A stretch of 64,000 bases of DNA from a bacterium (GCA_963623195.1 CAVFKA010000010.1:64398-128397); one strand, 5' to 3'. Shown: positions 9,483-18,934, numbered from the stretch's first letter. Notes: generated from the sequence alone by a model not told the origin. Program-made: numbers and translations.

Positions 9483-10136
9483 ATGGAAAAAATTAAATCA
9501 CAATATCTCGTATTCGACTTCAATGGAACACTTATTGATGACATTGATATATGCTTATTCTTATTAAATAATATGTTAAAGGAGAAAGGGCATGATGGAA
9601 ATATCTCCAAAGAAAGATACCTCTCATTATTTACCTTCCCGATCATCGATTACTATGTTGCGTCAGGATTTGTTTTCCCGGAAGATGATTTCCCTGCTTT
9701 AGCAAAGGAATTTGATAAGGATTATTGCGATTCGTTTAAGGATCTAAAACTCTTCCCCGATGTAAAAGAAGTCCTTTCTTATTTCAAAAAGAAAGGGAAG
9801 AAATTAATCATTCTTTCCGCGACAAAACAATCTACATTAGAAATTGAGCTTAAAGAAAAAGGCATCCATGATTTCTTTGATGCGGTAATAGGCATCAAGG
9901 ATATATATGGAAAATCTAAGGTTAATGAAGCGATTGAATATTTCAGCAAAGAAAAGATAGACATGAATGAAGTGACTTTCATAGGCGATACATTGCACGA
10001 TAATGAAGTAGCGGAAACCCTACACGGGTCCTCTATTCTTATCTCAAGAGGCCACCAAAATAAAGAGAGATTGCTTAGCGCTAAAAACGCTTTAGTGATT
10101 CCTTCCCTAAAAGAACTAGAAAATATAATTGAATAA
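9483..10136 (+). CDS. HAD-superfamily hydrolase (phosphoglycolate-phosphatase-like)
   Basis: Motif I is LVFDFNGTLIDD, motif II ILSATK and motif IV FIGDTLHD. Motif I reads D-x-N rather than D-x-D. Confidence 0.7.
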   Translation: MEKIKSQYLVFDFNGTLIDDIDICLFLLNNMLKEKGHDGNISKERYLSLFTFPIIDYYVASGFVFPEDDFPALAKEFDKDYCDSFKDLKLFPDVKEVLSYFKKKGKKLIILSATKQSTLEIELKEKGIHDFFDAVIGIKDIYGKSKVNEAIEYFSKEKIDMNEVTFIGDTLHDNEVAETLHGSSILISRGHQNKERLLSAKNALVIPSLKELENIIE

Positions 10137-10166
10137 GCCTAAAATAATTGAAACGAGGTAAAAAAT

Positions 10167-10535
10167 ATGGCAACAAAAAAAGTTGAAACCAAGAAAACAA
10201 CAGCCACAAAACCAGCTGTTGCTAAAAAAGAGGCCGTAAAGAAGACCGAAACAAAGAAAGCCGAGCCAAAGAAGGCTACAGCCGCAAAGGAAACGACTGA
10301 AAAGAAAAACACTGGCGTTAAAGTCTATCACGTTTCCAAACGTGCTTCCGACAACAAATGGCAAGTCTTCATCAAAGGCAGCGATAAAGTCATTAAACTC
10401 TTCGACACAAAGGTTCAAGCCGAAGAATATTGCACAAAGATGGCTATCAACCAAGGCGCTACCTTACAAGTCCATAAATCTAAGGGTGCTAATAAGGGCA
10501 AAATCTCTAAAGCCATCGTTAAAGGCAAAAAATAA
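10167..10535 (+). CDS. DUF2188-like small protein with a histone-H1-like K/A/T-rich N-terminal tail
   Basis: The first ~50 aa are KKxxTKK repeats. The C-terminus YHVSKRASDNKWQVFIKGSDKVIKLFDTKVQAEEYCTKMA fits the DUF2188 pattern. Confidence 0.55.
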   Translation: MATKKVETKKTTATKPAVAKKEAVKKTETKKAEPKKATAAKETTEKKNTGVKVYHVSKRASDNKWQVFIKGSDKVIKLFDTKVQAEEYCTKMAINQGATLQVHKSKGANKGKISKAIVKGKK

Positions 10536-10557
10536 GTAAATTACTTATCGACAAATT

Positions 10558-10589
10558 AAAGGCTCTAGCTATAATTATAGAGCCTTTTG
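10558..10589 (+). terminator. Rho-independent terminator
   Basis: GGCTCTA...TAGAGCC hairpin plus TTTT. Confidence 0.7.
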
Positions 10590-10593
10590 GCGT

Positions 10594-10667
10594 GCATCTG
10601 TAGTTCAGTGGTAGAACACCAGCTTCCCAAGCTGGCTATACGGGTTCGATTCCCGCCAGGTGCTCCA
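10594..10667 (+). tRNA. tRNA-Gly (anticodon CCC)
   Basis: Acceptor GCATCTG/CAGGTGC, anticodon stem CCAGC/GCTGG, loop TTCCCAA, encoded CCA. It has an A49-C65 mismatch. Confidence 0.85.
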
Positions 10668-10678
10668 TTTAAAAATTC

Positions 10679-10701
10679 GGTTTGGTTTTCCAAACCTTTT
10701 T
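10679..10701 (+). terminator. Rho-independent terminator
   Basis: GGTTTGG-tttt-CCAAACC plus T5. Confidence 0.8.
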
Positions 10702-10930
10702 CTATAAATTTAGGTGATAAAAAATACTTGTATAAATAAGAATGAAGGGGTTTTGCAGTGGATTTTTGAATTTTTTGAACAAATAAAATAAGGGATACGT
10801 TAGTTGATTAAGATTTTTTAGGTAACAAAAATATTAAAAAATGTCGCTAATTTATGGTTTTTTCTTTGAAAATATTTTTCATATTGGTATATTATTATTG
10901 ACTAGAGATTTTTCTAGAGATGTCGAGGTG

Positions 10931-11794
10931 ATGAAAATGATGAGTTCTTCATACCCAACTGCGGGTTATGGTTTTGAAAGCGCTGCTGGAATTTGTTCCT
11001 TCATTTTCGGCATTATTTTGCTTGCCGTCTTAGATTTCATCCTTTTTAAATTTTTGAAGAAGAAGGTCTGGGCTTGGATAATTTTAGCTATTTTAGAAAT
11101 CTGCATCATCATTCCTATCGCTTTTGGAATGTGGTTCCTTGTTTTGATTGCATCCATTTCCTTGATTCTCTTCATTTCTTGTTATTGCATTATCAATCAA
11201 CTTGATCTCCGCGCTGCCGTTGAAAGCTTATCCTGGAAGAAAGATTTCTCTAAGATTTTCAAGAAGAGGGACAAAGGGGTCAAGCCTGAAACAATCTTTG
11301 ATCGTGAAAAGGTTTACCGTGAAATCTGCAAAGCCGCCATTGATATGTCTAAGGTCAAATGTGGCGCTTTGATTACCGTCATGAAAAACGATGACATCCT
11401 TGACTCATCCCAAATGGGTTCCGTCATTAAACAAACGGGCGTTGATTTAAATGCGCCTATCAAAGCAGAGCTCTTAGAAACTATATTCTATGAAGGAACT
11501 CGTTTGCATGATGGAGCAGTTGTTATCAAAGACGATAAGATTGCACGTGCTGCCGTCTTCTTCCAATCAACAAGCAAAGCGCTAACTGGAAAATATGGGG
11601 CTCGTCACCAAGCTGCTTTAGGCATTTCCGAAAATTCTGATGCCGTTACAATCGTTGTTTCAGAAGAAACAGGAAGAATCGCCCTTGCCATTCAAGGCGA
11701 ATTCACCCCAGTAAACCCTGATACGTTATTAAGAACCTTCACTGAGGCAATGGTTTCAACTTCAAGTATCGAAGTCTCAGAAGAAAACAAATAA
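10931..11794 (+). CDS. cdaA: Diadenylate cyclase (c-di-AMP synthase), membrane-anchored CdaA type
   Basis: Three N-terminal TM helices, then a DisA_N domain: CGALITV, LHDGAVVI (DGA motif), GARHQAALGISE (RHR position reads RHQ), TIVVSEETG. The ORF opens at 10841, but GAGGTG precedes the ATG cluster at 10931-10942. Confidence 0.85.
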   Translation: MKMMSSSYPTAGYGFESAAGICSFIFGIILLAVLDFILFKFLKKKVWAWIILAILEICIIIPIAFGMWFLVLIASISLILFISCYCIINQLDLRAAVESLSWKKDFSKIFKKRDKGVKPETIFDREKVYREICKAAIDMSKVKCGALITVMKNDDILDSSQMGSVIKQTGVDLNAPIKAELLETIFYEGTRLHDGAVVIKDDKIARAAVFFQSTSKALTGKYGARHQAALGISENSDAVTIVVSEETGRIALAIQGEFTPVNPDTLLRTFTEAMVSTSSIEVSEENK

Positions 11795-11871
11795 TTCTTC
11801 TTCTTGCATTCACATTTTCTCCTTTTGCATTTAAAATTACTTTAGTAAAAAATGCAAAGGAGATTTTTATT

Positions 11872-12606
11872 ATGCCAACACCACATATTGAATCGCAAAA
11901 AGGCGATTTCGCCAAAATAGTTTTAATGCCAGGAGACCCAAAAAGAGCCGAATGGATTGCTAAAACATTTTTAACTGATATCAAACTCGTTAACTCAGTA
12001 AGAGGAATCCTTGGCTTCACCGGAAAAGCGCCTGATGGTTCATTAGTTTCTGTCATGGCCTCAGGCATGGGTATGCCTTCAATTGGCATTTACTCCCATG
12101 AACTTTTCACCGAATATGGTGTCGAAGCAATCATTCGTATCGGTACGATTGGCGCATATCAAGAAGGAATTCAATTAAAAGACCTTCTTATTGGCCAAGG
12201 CGCTTGTACAAATAGCAATTGGATGGGCGAATATGGACTAAATGGTGGAACCTTCTCCGCTATTTCTGATTATGACATGCTCTCTTGGGCGGTTGAATCA
12301 GCAAAGAAAAACAATATTCCATCACATGTTGGTAACATTCTCTCATCCGATGTTTTCTATGGTTCTAACCCAGATTCATGGAAGAAGTGGCAATCTCTTG
12401 GCGTATTAGGCGTCGAGATGGAAGCATATTCCTTATATGCAACAGCAGCTAAGCTTGGCAAAAAAGCCTTAGCCATCTGCTCTGTTTCAGATTCATTCTG
12501 CTTCAAACAAATCCTTACTTCTAAAGAACGTCAAGAAGGTCTTGATAACATGATCAAAGTCGCTCTTGATGTCGCAATGAAATTCAACTCATGCCATACG
12601 AAGTAA
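11872..12606 (+). CDS. deoD: Purine nucleoside phosphorylase, DeoD type
   Basis: MPTPHIESQKGDFAKIVLMPGDPKRA..., GVEMEAYSLY. Confidence 0.9.
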   Translation: MPTPHIESQKGDFAKIVLMPGDPKRAEWIAKTFLTDIKLVNSVRGILGFTGKAPDGSLVSVMASGMGMPSIGIYSHELFTEYGVEAIIRIGTIGAYQEGIQLKDLLIGQGACTNSNWMGEYGLNGGTFSAISDYDMLSWAVESAKKNNIPSHVGNILSSDVFYGSNPDSWKKWQSLGVLGVEMEAYSLYATAAKLGKKALAICSVSDSFCFKQILTSKERQEGLDNMIKVALDVAMKFNSCHTK

Positions 12607-13241
12607 AATTAACAATATTCATTATTCTCGTTATTATCGTCTTTGGCTCCCTCTCTTTTTGGTGGCTTTTCCCATTGATTAGGAAATTCTTCTTAAACAA
12701 GAGATACAAAGAAGTCTATTTTAGGCATGTCGATCATTGTGTGAAAATCAATGATTATTATCTTATCAACAATTTCACGATGGATTTAGAGGGTCCTCAA
12801 ATGTTCCTAATCGATCACTTAATTGGTGGGGACAAATTCATCTATGTCATCATTGATTATTATGTTGAAGGAGGACTAGAAATCCATCAAGGTGATCCTC
12901 TTTCTTACATTTATAAGAAAAACAACATCAAACTAAAGTTAGCAAATCCATATGAGTTAGTTGAACATACAATTAAGACTTTAGCGAATTCAACTGGCAT
13001 TCCTAAAGAATTTTTCGAAGGCGTTGCCCTCATAAATGACGATTGCGAAATAGTTGGAATTGAAAATTATCAATCTAGCGTTAACATAGTTAGGCTATCA
13101 AAGTTAGATAAGTTCATTCTCTCTAAGGAAAATAGCCAAGTTAAGCCATTAGCAAAAAAGCAATTATGGCAAACCATCCAAGATTTACACAGAATTAAAG
13201 AAAATGCTCAATCAAGAAAAAACAAAGAAACCAATAATTAA
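12591..13241 (+). CDS. Membrane-anchored NERD-like domain protein
   Basis: An N-terminal TM helix is followed by the pattern YYLINNFTMDL..FLIDHLIGGDKFIYVIIDYY...NPYELVEHTIKTL, which resembles the nuclease-related NERD domain. It overlaps the deoD stop by 16 nt. Confidence 0.45.
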   Translation: MPYEVKLTIFIILVIIVFGSLSFWWLFPLIRKFFLNKRYKEVYFRHVDHCVKINDYYLINNFTMDLEGPQMFLIDHLIGGDKFIYVIIDYYVEGGLEIHQGDPLSYIYKKNNIKLKLANPYELVEHTIKTLANSTGIPKEFFEGVALINDDCEIVGIENYQSSVNIVRLSKLDKFILSKENSQVKPLAKKQLWQTIQDLHRIKENAQSRKNKETNN

Positions 13242-14319
13242 AGAAGCGATAGCTCATTACCCGAAGGCATTCTCAGGAATGTCCCTTTGGCTTTTTAACT
13301 TCCTTTTCATCCTTATTATAATATGCGCGTTAGGATTCCTTAGCACATATACCTTTTTCATAACTATCCCCTTCCTTCTAATCCCTTTCTTTTTTGCTTT
13401 GCAACAAACAGGGAATTATATTCGTTTCAAAAATGATTTCGATAATTCTAAGTTCAAAGGTTTCGTAAAACTTTATTATTCACCGGCATTCTTTGGAAGT
13501 TACCGTCTTTTAAGATCCGCTTTGATATCTTTATTGATAACTGTTGTATCATCATTCTTTTTCGTTGGTGCATATTATGGAATAGGAGCTGCAGCAGGAT
13601 TGGATTTCAATTCGGCATTTGACGCAATATATAAGGCATATATGGCTCAAGATGTTTCGGCACTTACTGAAGCAATGAATGCCGAGCCTTTGCTTTCCTT
13701 TATATCTTGGACTTCAATATTTGAATCATCAGTATTCGCTTTCTCTTTCTGGATGCATATCATGCGTTATTCGACTTTGACCTATTTCCGTTCGATGACA
13801 ATAGGGAAAGGAGATCCAAGAGAAGGGCTTTTCATGTATCGTGTGGTTTTACGATCAAAGAAGACGAAGGGGTATAACAAAGATTACATACTTGCTATGT
13901 TACCAATAATTCTCTTTTCCTTACTTGGCTTAGGACTAGGAATTTTCATTGGCTATAAATTGACTGACATTGAAAAGATTTCTGAATTCTTTTATTACTC
14001 TTCATATTTCTATGCTCAATCTTTCGTTGCACTCTGTGGCATTCTCATGATGGGTATCTTTATTGCCTTTACCATTCCGTATTATTTTGACTGTATTTAT
14101 CTCATAATGGATAAATATTCGCCAATGTTCCAAGAAGCGTCAATGGAATTTGCTAACGAGCAAATGAAGAATATTCAAAAGAATTTAGAGAAATATTCAC
14201 CTGAAGAAAGAGAAGAAATAGAAAAAGCGTTATCCGAGCTAAAAAAGAAACAAGAAGAGCAGGATAAAGTCGTCGATGAAAAACATGACGAAGATAACAA
14301 AGAAGATCCAAAAGAGTAA
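13204..14319 (+). CDS. Polytopic membrane protein with an acidic/Lys-rich C-terminal tail, function unknown
   Basis: About 6 TM helices and a charged tail (EEREEIEKALSELKKKQEEQDKVVDEKHDEDNKEDPKE). Confidence 0.55.
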   Translation: MLNQEKTKKPIIKEAIAHYPKAFSGMSLWLFNFLFILIIICALGFLSTYTFFITIPFLLIPFFFALQQTGNYIRFKNDFDNSKFKGFVKLYYSPAFFGSYRLLRSALISLLITVVSSFFFVGAYYGIGAAAGLDFNSAFDAIYKAYMAQDVSALTEAMNAEPLLSFISWTSIFESSVFAFSFWMHIMRYSTLTYFRSMTIGKGDPREGLFMYRVVLRSKKTKGYNKDYILAMLPIILFSLLGLGLGIFIGYKLTDIEKISEFFYYSSYFYAQSFVALCGILMMGIFIAFTIPYYFDCIYLIMDKYSPMFQEASMEFANEQMKNIQKNLEKYSPEEREEIEKALSELKKKQEEQDKVVDEKHDEDNKEDPKE

Positions 14320-14333
14320 TTGGATCTTTTTTT
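14305..14333 (+). terminator. Rho-independent terminator overlapping the stop codon
   Basis: GATCCAA-aagagtaa-TTGGATC plus T7. Confidence 0.8.
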
Positions 14334-14408
14334 GGCTACGCTCCTAAGCAAAAAGAAAATATTGATACTCTATAATTAATCAAAAATCCTTAAATATACC
14401 TTTTAATA

Positions 14409-14438
14409 TAAAAAAAGTCTGACACCATATATCAGACC
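14409..14438 (-). terminator. Rho-independent terminator of tRNA-Gly(GCC)
   Basis: GTCTGA...TCAGAC hairpin followed by a T6 run when read on the minus strand. Confidence 0.7.
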
Positions 14439-14450
14439 TATAAACTTAAA

Positions 14451-14524
14451 TGGAGCAGGCGACGGGAATCGGACCCGCGTATCCACCTTGGCAAGGTGGT
14501 GTTCTACCATTGAACTACGCCTGC
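14451..14524 (-). tRNA. tRNA-Gly (anticodon GCC) with an atypical T-loop
   Basis: The reverse complement is GCAGGCGTAGTTCAATGGTAGAACACCACCTTGCCAAGGTGGATACGCGGGTCCGATTCCCGTCGCCTGCTCCA. All stems pair well. The T-loop reads TCCGATT (C at position 55). Confidence 0.85.
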
Positions 14525-14556
14525 ATTTAACACGTCTTTCGTTTGACGCGTGGATT

Positions 14557-14585
14557 ATTATATCTATGTTAAAACGAATATGCAA
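14557..14585 (-). promoter_or_regulatory. Sigma-A-like promoter for tRNA-Gly(GCC) (TTGCAT-17-TATAAT on the minus strand)
   Basis: -10 is the complement of 14557-14562 and -35 the complement of 14580-14585. Confidence 0.5.
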
Positions 14586-14645
14586 TAGCAAATTTTAAAT
14601 ATCTGTTTTATAATCTTCTCCGTTACTGATTTAAGGAGAGAATAT

Positions 14646-16298
14646 ATGGCAACATACGAAGATTTAGCAAACCTCTTATTCCCAGATATTAACGAAACTA
14701 TTGATGATTTAGAAAAACGTTATCCAGAACGTAATCTTCCTGAAGGAGCACAAGTAACTCGTTTTGCTCCATCCCCAACAGGATTCTTGCATACTGGATC
14801 ATTATTTACGGCATTTATCGCCTACACTTTGGCAAAACAATCCAACGGCGTTTATTTCTTTAGACTTGAAGATACAGACACAAAACGCACAATCGCTGGT
14901 TCAGCTGATGAATTGATTGAGCAATTGTCTCAATTTGGAATCGTCGCCGATGAAGGATATTTCCCAGGTCAAGATAAAGGTGCTTATGGCCCATACCAAC
15001 AATCCAAGAGAGCGGATATATATAAGGTTGTTATCAAAGAACTTATCCGTCAAGGACAAGCATACCCAGATTTCATGACTTCCGATGAACTTGCAGCCCT
15101 TAGAAAATTCCAAGAAGACAATAAGATTCTTCCAGGTTACTATGGCCCATATGCAAGAGACCGCAAATTAAGCGTTGATGAAGCAATCGAGAAGATCAAA
15201 GCAGGCACCCCATGGGTTATTAGATATAAATCTGAAGGAGATCATAACAAAAAGATCAAATTCACTGATAGAATCCGTGGAACCATCGAACTTGCTGATA
15301 ATGATGTTGATATCGTCATCCTCAAATCTGATGGTCTTCCAACATACCACTTTGCTCACGTCGTTGATGATCATTTCATGAGAACGACGGTTGTCACACG
15401 TGGTGAAGAATGGATTCCATCGACCCCAATCCATATTCAACTTTTCAAGACACTCAATTGGAAAGCCCCAAAATACGCTCACTTGCCAGTTATCATGAAA
15501 CTTGATCATGGTAATAAACGCAAACTCTCCAAACGTAAAGACCCTGAAGCAGCAGTTTCCTTCTTCCTTAAGACAGGTTATCCACCAAAGGCCTTGCTCG
15601 TTTACCTTATGAGCATTGCTAATTCCAACTTTGAAGAATGGACCCTTTCCAATAAATCTTATGACTACAAAGCTTTCAAATTCACTTTCGCTAAGATGTC
15701 ATTAGATGGTGCCTTATTCGATCAAAGCAAGCTTAATTTCTTCGCCAAAGAGACAATCGCCACAATTCCAACAACTGAATTGGTCCATGACGTAACCATT
15801 TGGGCAAAAGATAACGATGAACTTCTCAATGCAAAAATTGAGAAAGACCCAGAATATTTCGCAAAGGTCTTAGGTATCGAAAGAGAAAGAGCAAATCCAA
15901 GAAAGGATTATGCTAAATATTCCGATATCGAACCTGCAACACGTTTCTTCTATGATGAAGACTATAAGAATTTAATTTCTAGCGAACTTCCATTCAATCC
16001 TAAGTTCGATAAGGCCTTCCTTAAAGCATTCATGGCTGACGCAGCCGAAAAGATGGCTTATAACGTTGATGAATCCACCTGGTGGAATTCCGTTAAAGAA
16101 GTGGCCGCGGCAAATAACTTTGCAATCGCCAACAAAGACTACAAAGCAAACCCAGACGCCTATAAAGGATCTGTCTCTGACGCAGCTGAAATCATCCGTA
16201 TCGCTCTTACTTGCTCAAAAGATTCCCCAAATCTCCATGAGGTAATTGAAATCTTAGGTCAAGAAAGAGTCAAAGAACGTTTGACAAAACTTTTCTAA
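14646..16298 (+). CDS. gltX: Glutamate--tRNA ligase (long form, 550 aa)
   Basis: RFAPSPTGFLHTGS (HIGH region) and KLSKRK (KMSKS). Confidence 0.9.
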   Translation: MATYEDLANLLFPDINETIDDLEKRYPERNLPEGAQVTRFAPSPTGFLHTGSLFTAFIAYTLAKQSNGVYFFRLEDTDTKRTIAGSADELIEQLSQFGIVADEGYFPGQDKGAYGPYQQSKRADIYKVVIKELIRQGQAYPDFMTSDELAALRKFQEDNKILPGYYGPYARDRKLSVDEAIEKIKAGTPWVIRYKSEGDHNKKIKFTDRIRGTIELADNDVDIVILKSDGLPTYHFAHVVDDHFMRTTVVTRGEEWIPSTPIHIQLFKTLNWKAPKYAHLPVIMKLDHGNKRKLSKRKDPEAAVSFFLKTGYPPKALLVYLMSIANSNFEEWTLSNKSYDYKAFKFTFAKMSLDGALFDQSKLNFFAKETIATIPTTELVHDVTIWAKDNDELLNAKIEKDPEYFAKVLGIERERANPRKDYAKYSDIEPATRFFYDEDYKNLISSELPFNPKFDKAFLKAFMADAAEKMAYNVDESTWWNSVKEVAAANNFAIANKDYKANPDAYKGSVSDAAEIIRIALTCSKDSPNLHEVIEILGQERVKERLTKLF

Positions 16299-16307
16299 AT
16301 ATGATTG

Positions 16308-16330
16308 AGCCCCTTCGTGGGGCTTTTTTC
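16308..16330 (+). terminator. Rho-independent terminator
   Basis: AGCCCC-ttcgt-GGGGCT plus T6. Confidence 0.85.
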
Positions 16331-16381
16331 TTGCAATAACTTTTTATAAAGTTATCCTAGTATGTTACAATCATTAGGCTT

Positions 16382-17509
16382 ATGAAGAAGATAAAAGACA
16401 CATTGCTCGAAAAAGAGTTAGATTTATACAAAAAATATTATGAGGTCGATGATGAAAACAAGCTTATTTGTTTTACCCTTCGTTTTGATTCTGCCTCAGA
16501 ATTGGTAGAAAAAGAAATCTCCACGAAAGAAAAACCCTTAATTAAATATGAGATTTTGGAAATGATATCCGAAAAGATACGCTCTCTCCCTGAAACATAT
16601 AGAGCAGACGTCAAATTGGATATCAAGGATCTTGAAGGATATACGAATGAATCCCTTATGGAAGCCATCAAGGATTCAATTGAATTCTCCCATTACCGCT
16701 CTGATAAGCAAGTTAAGAAGAACTGGGTTCTTGCTTCGATTTTCATTCTTGTTGGATTGGTGATCCTTTTAACGGCGGCTTTCTTAGCATCTTCGGCAGA
16801 AGAGTGGGTTTCCACCACGAATGGCTCTGTTTTCAAAGAGATTTTAGACATTGCTGCTTGGGTATTTATTTGGGAAGCGGTCTCGATACTCTTTATTTCT
16901 CCAACTGAAGAATCCATCGTTGAGAATTCTTTAAGAATCAGACTTCATTCCTTGACCATTTCTTCTAAAAAAGAAGGTGAGGATGCAATTGAGGAGGATT
17001 CCTCGTATCTTTTAAGCGATCATCATTGGAATAAAAGCAAAATCAAAAGAAGCGGTAAGTATATATTGCTTGTTTCTGGCTTTTTGATGATTGCCACAAG
17101 TATTGCTACGGTATTCTTCTTTGTCAGTGGAATCAGGCCTTCATTAGAGTCGATATTCGCTACTGGAAATAACGGAACAACCACAATCGATGGAAAAGAG
17201 GTCAATAATGCGGTGCTTATTACTACCTTTATTTTTGCCCTTATTGTTTGGCTTGGTTTATTAACTTTGCGCGTTCTTGGCGGGCTTGCTGCAGTTTCAA
17301 GATTCGTTGGCAGAGGAAAACTTCAAAAATTCGTCGGGCCTTATGCAATAACGATGCTTGCCCTCTATACTATATTCTTCGTGGCTATTGCGACAATGGG
17401 ATCGGGCTTAGGAGAGGATTTCATTGGAACTATATTCTCTTCAACATTGAGCATTATTCTCAATGTCGCTTATTTAACTGGTTATTTCTTGGACCGTATG
17501 GGACAATAA
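16382..17509 (+). CDS. Membrane protein (soluble N-domain plus about 6 TM), function unknown
   Basis: Long ORF. Hydrophobic helices begin at about residue 115. No motif recognised. Confidence 0.55.
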   Translation: MKKIKDTLLEKELDLYKKYYEVDDENKLICFTLRFDSASELVEKEISTKEKPLIKYEILEMISEKIRSLPETYRADVKLDIKDLEGYTNESLMEAIKDSIEFSHYRSDKQVKKNWVLASIFILVGLVILLTAAFLASSAEEWVSTTNGSVFKEILDIAAWVFIWEAVSILFISPTEESIVENSLRIRLHSLTISSKKEGEDAIEEDSSYLLSDHHWNKSKIKRSGKYILLVSGFLMIATSIATVFFFVSGIRPSLESIFATGNNGTTTIDGKEVNNAVLITTFIFALIVWLGLLTLRVLGGLAAVSRFVGRGKLQKFVGPYAITMLALYTIFFVAIATMGSGLGEDFIGTIFSSTLSIILNVAYLTGYFLDRMGQ

Positions 17510-17515
17510 AAGAGC

Positions 17516-18928
17516 ATGCAAAAGACTCTCGATTTAGAAAAAGATAGACTTGGCACCTTGCTTTTTAGGTTTTCTTTGCCATGCGTTGTCGCCCAATTGA
17601 TATCTTCTTTATACAACATCGTTGATCAGATATTCATTGGCAATTCGTCTTTGGGGTATTATGGCAATGCTGCAACAGGGGTTGTTTTCCCAATCGTTAT
17701 CGTTGCTAACGCTTTTGCTTGGGCTTTTGGAGATGGCATTGCGGCCTTCTTAAGTATTTGCCAAGGAAAGAAAGATTCTTCTAAAGCGGCTAAAGCAATA
17801 GGGACAGGTACTCTTTTAACTATCCTCGCTGCTCTAGGAATTCTTCTTGTGTCTTTTATTTTTGCCAACCCGATTTTGAGATTTTGCGGTGCTTCAGATA
17901 ATACGCTTGAATATGCAAAGACATATTTATTCATCGTTGGCTCTTTCTTCCCTTGCTATATGCTTATCGCCTATCTTAACTCTGTTATAAGAGCGGATGG
18001 ATCTCCGATATACGCGATGATAACAACAGGTGCTGGTGCGATATTGAATGTCATTCTCGACCCTATATTCATCTACGTCCTAAATTGGGGAATGGAAGGA
18101 GCGGCTTGGGCTACCGTAATAGGGCAATTGCTTTCAATTGTTTTAACGCTAATCTATTTCCTCAGATCAAAAACATTCAAACTTGGAATAAAAGATTTGA
18201 TACCTGATTTCAAAATATTCAAAGAGCCTCTTTTGCTTGGCATATCTTCCTTTATAACCGAGATATCAATCGCTGTTATTAACCTTGTTGCTAATGCCGT
18301 GGTCGTTAAATATGGCAATCTTTCCATTTATGGCCAGGATATTCCTATTTCTGCAACCTCAATCGAAACAAAGGTATTCACGCTTGTTCTTAATGTCGTT
18401 GTTGGAATAGTCCTTGGTGCTCAGCCAATAATTGGCTATAACAAAGGTGCAGGCAATATCGAAAGAATCAGAAAGACATATAAAATCATTCTTCTTTGGA
18501 GCTTAGGAATCGGTATTGTTTCAACTCTCTTATTCGAACTCTATCCTGAAGGAATAATCATGTTATTCGGTGGGTCTGAAGAACCTCTATATATGGAATA
18601 TGCCAAACTTGTATTCCGCCTATTTTTAGCCACGACGATCCTTACTTGTTTCATCAAGATGTCTTCAATCTTCTTCCAATCATGCGGAGAGCCTCTTAAA
18701 GCGACCGTTTCATCTCTTGTAAGGGATTTACTCTTTTTCATCCCTAGCGTGCTTCTATTGCCTTTTATTGCCGAGAATAATGAAGCAGGAAGTGGAATCG
18801 TTGCCGTTCTTTTTGCTCCAATGATAGCGGATGTACTCGCTTTCTTCATTGCCTTGGTTCTAACCATTAGACTATTTAAGAAACTTAAGCATTACGAAAA
18901 GACGAGCTTAGAAGAAATCGTCGATTGA
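17516..18928 (+). CDS. MATE-family efflux transporter
   Basis: 12-TM profile and an N-terminus LLFRFSLPCVVAQLISSLYNIVDQIFIG typical of MATE/NorM. Confidence 0.85.
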   Translation: MQKTLDLEKDRLGTLLFRFSLPCVVAQLISSLYNIVDQIFIGNSSLGYYGNAATGVVFPIVIVANAFAWAFGDGIAAFLSICQGKKDSSKAAKAIGTGTLLTILAALGILLVSFIFANPILRFCGASDNTLEYAKTYLFIVGSFFPCYMLIAYLNSVIRADGSPIYAMITTGAGAILNVILDPIFIYVLNWGMEGAAWATVIGQLLSIVLTLIYFLRSKTFKLGIKDLIPDFKIFKEPLLLGISSFITEISIAVINLVANAVVVKYGNLSIYGQDIPISATSIETKVFTLVLNVVVGIVLGAQPIIGYNKGAGNIERIRKTYKIILLWSLGIGIVSTLLFELYPEGIIMLFGGSEEPLYMEYAKLVFRLFLATTILTCFIKMSSIFFQSCGEPLKATVSSLVRDLLFFIPSVLLLPFIAENNEAGSGIVAVLFAPMIADVLAFFIALVLTIRLFKKLKHYEKTSLEEIVD

Positions 18929-18934
18929 TATCCT

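Noticed and set aside
14403-14591. 62-aa minus-strand ORF (…RRSSMVEHHLAKVDTRVRFPSPAPFK…)
   Set aside because: It is the translation of the tRNA-Gly(GCC) gene and its flanks, a classic tRNA shadow ORF, and it has no RBS.
14525-14645. Possible T-box leader upstream of gltX
   Set aside because: The gap is only about 120 nt and is largely taken up by the divergent tRNA promoter. No specifier-loop or T-box sequence was recognised.
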